NCBI GenBank assembly: GCA_041687695.1
Contig: JAWLBL010000030.1
Coordinates: 1 to 64,000 of the forward strand
Length of the DNA stretch: 64,000 nt
From: Myxococcota bacterium
Lineage (GTDB): Bacteria > Myxococcota_A > UBA9042 > PHBI01 > JAWLBL01
Direction: 5' to 3'
In this document: positions 63,163-64,000 of the stretch, piece by piece
Layout: every line of letters begins with the position of its first letter
Numbering within the stretch: the stretch's first letter is position 1
Notes under the pieces: generated by a model
Told to the model about the DNA's origin: nothing
What the model saw: only the letters and a program-made list of their open reading frames with translations
The model's database searches: none
Made by a program: the position numbers and the translations under genes

Positions 63163-64000
63163 CTTCCTTCCGGGTCAGGCGGGCCTCGAACGCGGCCGCG
63201 CGCGGAAAGGCCTCGCGCGTCGACGCCACCAGCCGCTCGAGGGCCGAACGCGCAGCCTCGTCCAGCGCTTCCGGCCACTCGAGCCGCAGGGTGACCCGCT
63301 GGTCGCCGTTGGCGCCCGTGCGCCGGTCCGTCACGCCGAAGCCGCTCATGCGCAGCACCGTACCATCGCCGGTGCCAGGCGGCACCACGAGGACGCGCGT
63401 CCCGTCGACGGTCGGCACCCGCACCCGTCCTCCGGCGATGGCCACGAACACCGGCAGGGGCCGCTCGCACACCACGTCCTCGCCTTCGCGCGCCAACACC
63501 GGGTCGGGCCTGACCTCGACCACCACGAAGCACCGCCCGGATTTGCCGCCGTGCCGCCCCGCCTCGCCCGCCTCCCGCACCACCAGCCGCTCGCCCGTGA
63601 CCACGCCCGGGGGCACCTCGATGGTCAACGGCTCGCGCCCCTCGACCTCGCCCTCGCCGCCGCAGCCCCCGCACGGCTCGACCACCACGTAGCCCCGCCC
63701 GCCGCAGCCGCCGCAGTCCTCGAGCCCCGAGCGCAGCACGCGCCGCACCTGCACCTCACCGGTCCCCTGGCACGGCTCGCAGACCTCGGGCAGCGTGCCC
63801 GGCGCGAAGCCCCGCCCCGCGCAGCCGCCGCACGGCCGGCGCCGCGGCAGCGCCAACGTGCGCGTGGTCCCGCGCGCGGCCTCGGCGAAGGTCACGGCGA
63901 CCTCGTACTTCACGTCGCGCCCGTCGATCGGCCGCCTGGGGCGGACGCCGAACAGCTGGTCGACCACCCGGCCCAGCGCCTCGGCCCAGGTCGCCGCGGG
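63155..64000 (-). CDS. dnaJ: DnaJ-class chaperone, zinc-finger and C-terminal part (N-terminus beyond the window edge)
   Basis: Four CxxCxGxG repeats; VPTVDG...VPPGT. Could be a paralog rather than the main dnaJ. Confidence 0.8.
   Translation of the reverse strand, partial: PAATWAEALGRVVDQLFGVRPRRPIDGRDVKYEVAVTFAEAARGTTRTLALPRRRPCGGCAGRGFAPGTLPEVCEPCQGTGEVQVRRVLRSGLEDCGGCGGRGYVVVEPCGGCGGEGEVEGREPLTIEVPPGVVTGERLVVREAGEAGRHGGKSGRCFVVVEVRPDPVLAREGEDVVCERPLPVFVAIAGGRVRVPTVDGTRVLVVPPGTGDGTVLRMSGFGVTDRRTGANGDQRVTLRLEWPEALDEAARSALERLVASTREAFPRAAAFEARLTRKEDA

Overview
Very GC-rich bacterial DNA. Gene content (PEGA, Kelch and WD40-kinase proteins, a CorE-like ECF sigma factor, a myxosortase-like protease, Cys-rich lipoproteins) suggests Myxococcota or a related deltaproteobacterium; this is an inference. 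Positions 1-32.5 kb form an accessory metal/redox-stress region: a CDF transporter, a vanadium haloperoxidase fusion, two two-domain multicopper oxidases, two TolC proteins, two tandem Cu(I) P1B ATPases, a CorE-like ECF sigma factor, a heavy-metal RND system, a sigma54 two-component system, a VKOR/SPW protein, a CopZ-like protein, a His-rich lipoprotein, a 44-bp tandem array, Uma2 and a persulfide-detoxification module. Positions 32.5-40.6 kb hold a Ser/Thr kinase plus FHA-wHTH regulator divergent from a large Cys-repeat lipoprotein. Positions 40.6-64 kb look like core/envelope genes (giant OmpA/DUF11-type outer-membrane protein, Kelch, PEGA, CPBP protease, thrB, GT2, deacetylase, radical SAM, hemW, thiL, LpoA-like, partial DnaJ). 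Most notable observations: (1) an apparently circularly permuted small laccase coupled to a YtkA/FixH-like lipoprotein; (2) a readable two-tier sigma54-to-ECF regulatory cascade with a candidate ECF promoter motif; (3) a MITE-like element with four internal hairpins inserted into a REP hairpin, present twice and bracketing about 10 kb; (4) a metallophosphoesterase that has lost most of its metal ligands. No rRNA, tRNA, CRISPR array, transposase or integrase was recognised. All family assignments come from motifs recognised by eye; no searches were run.
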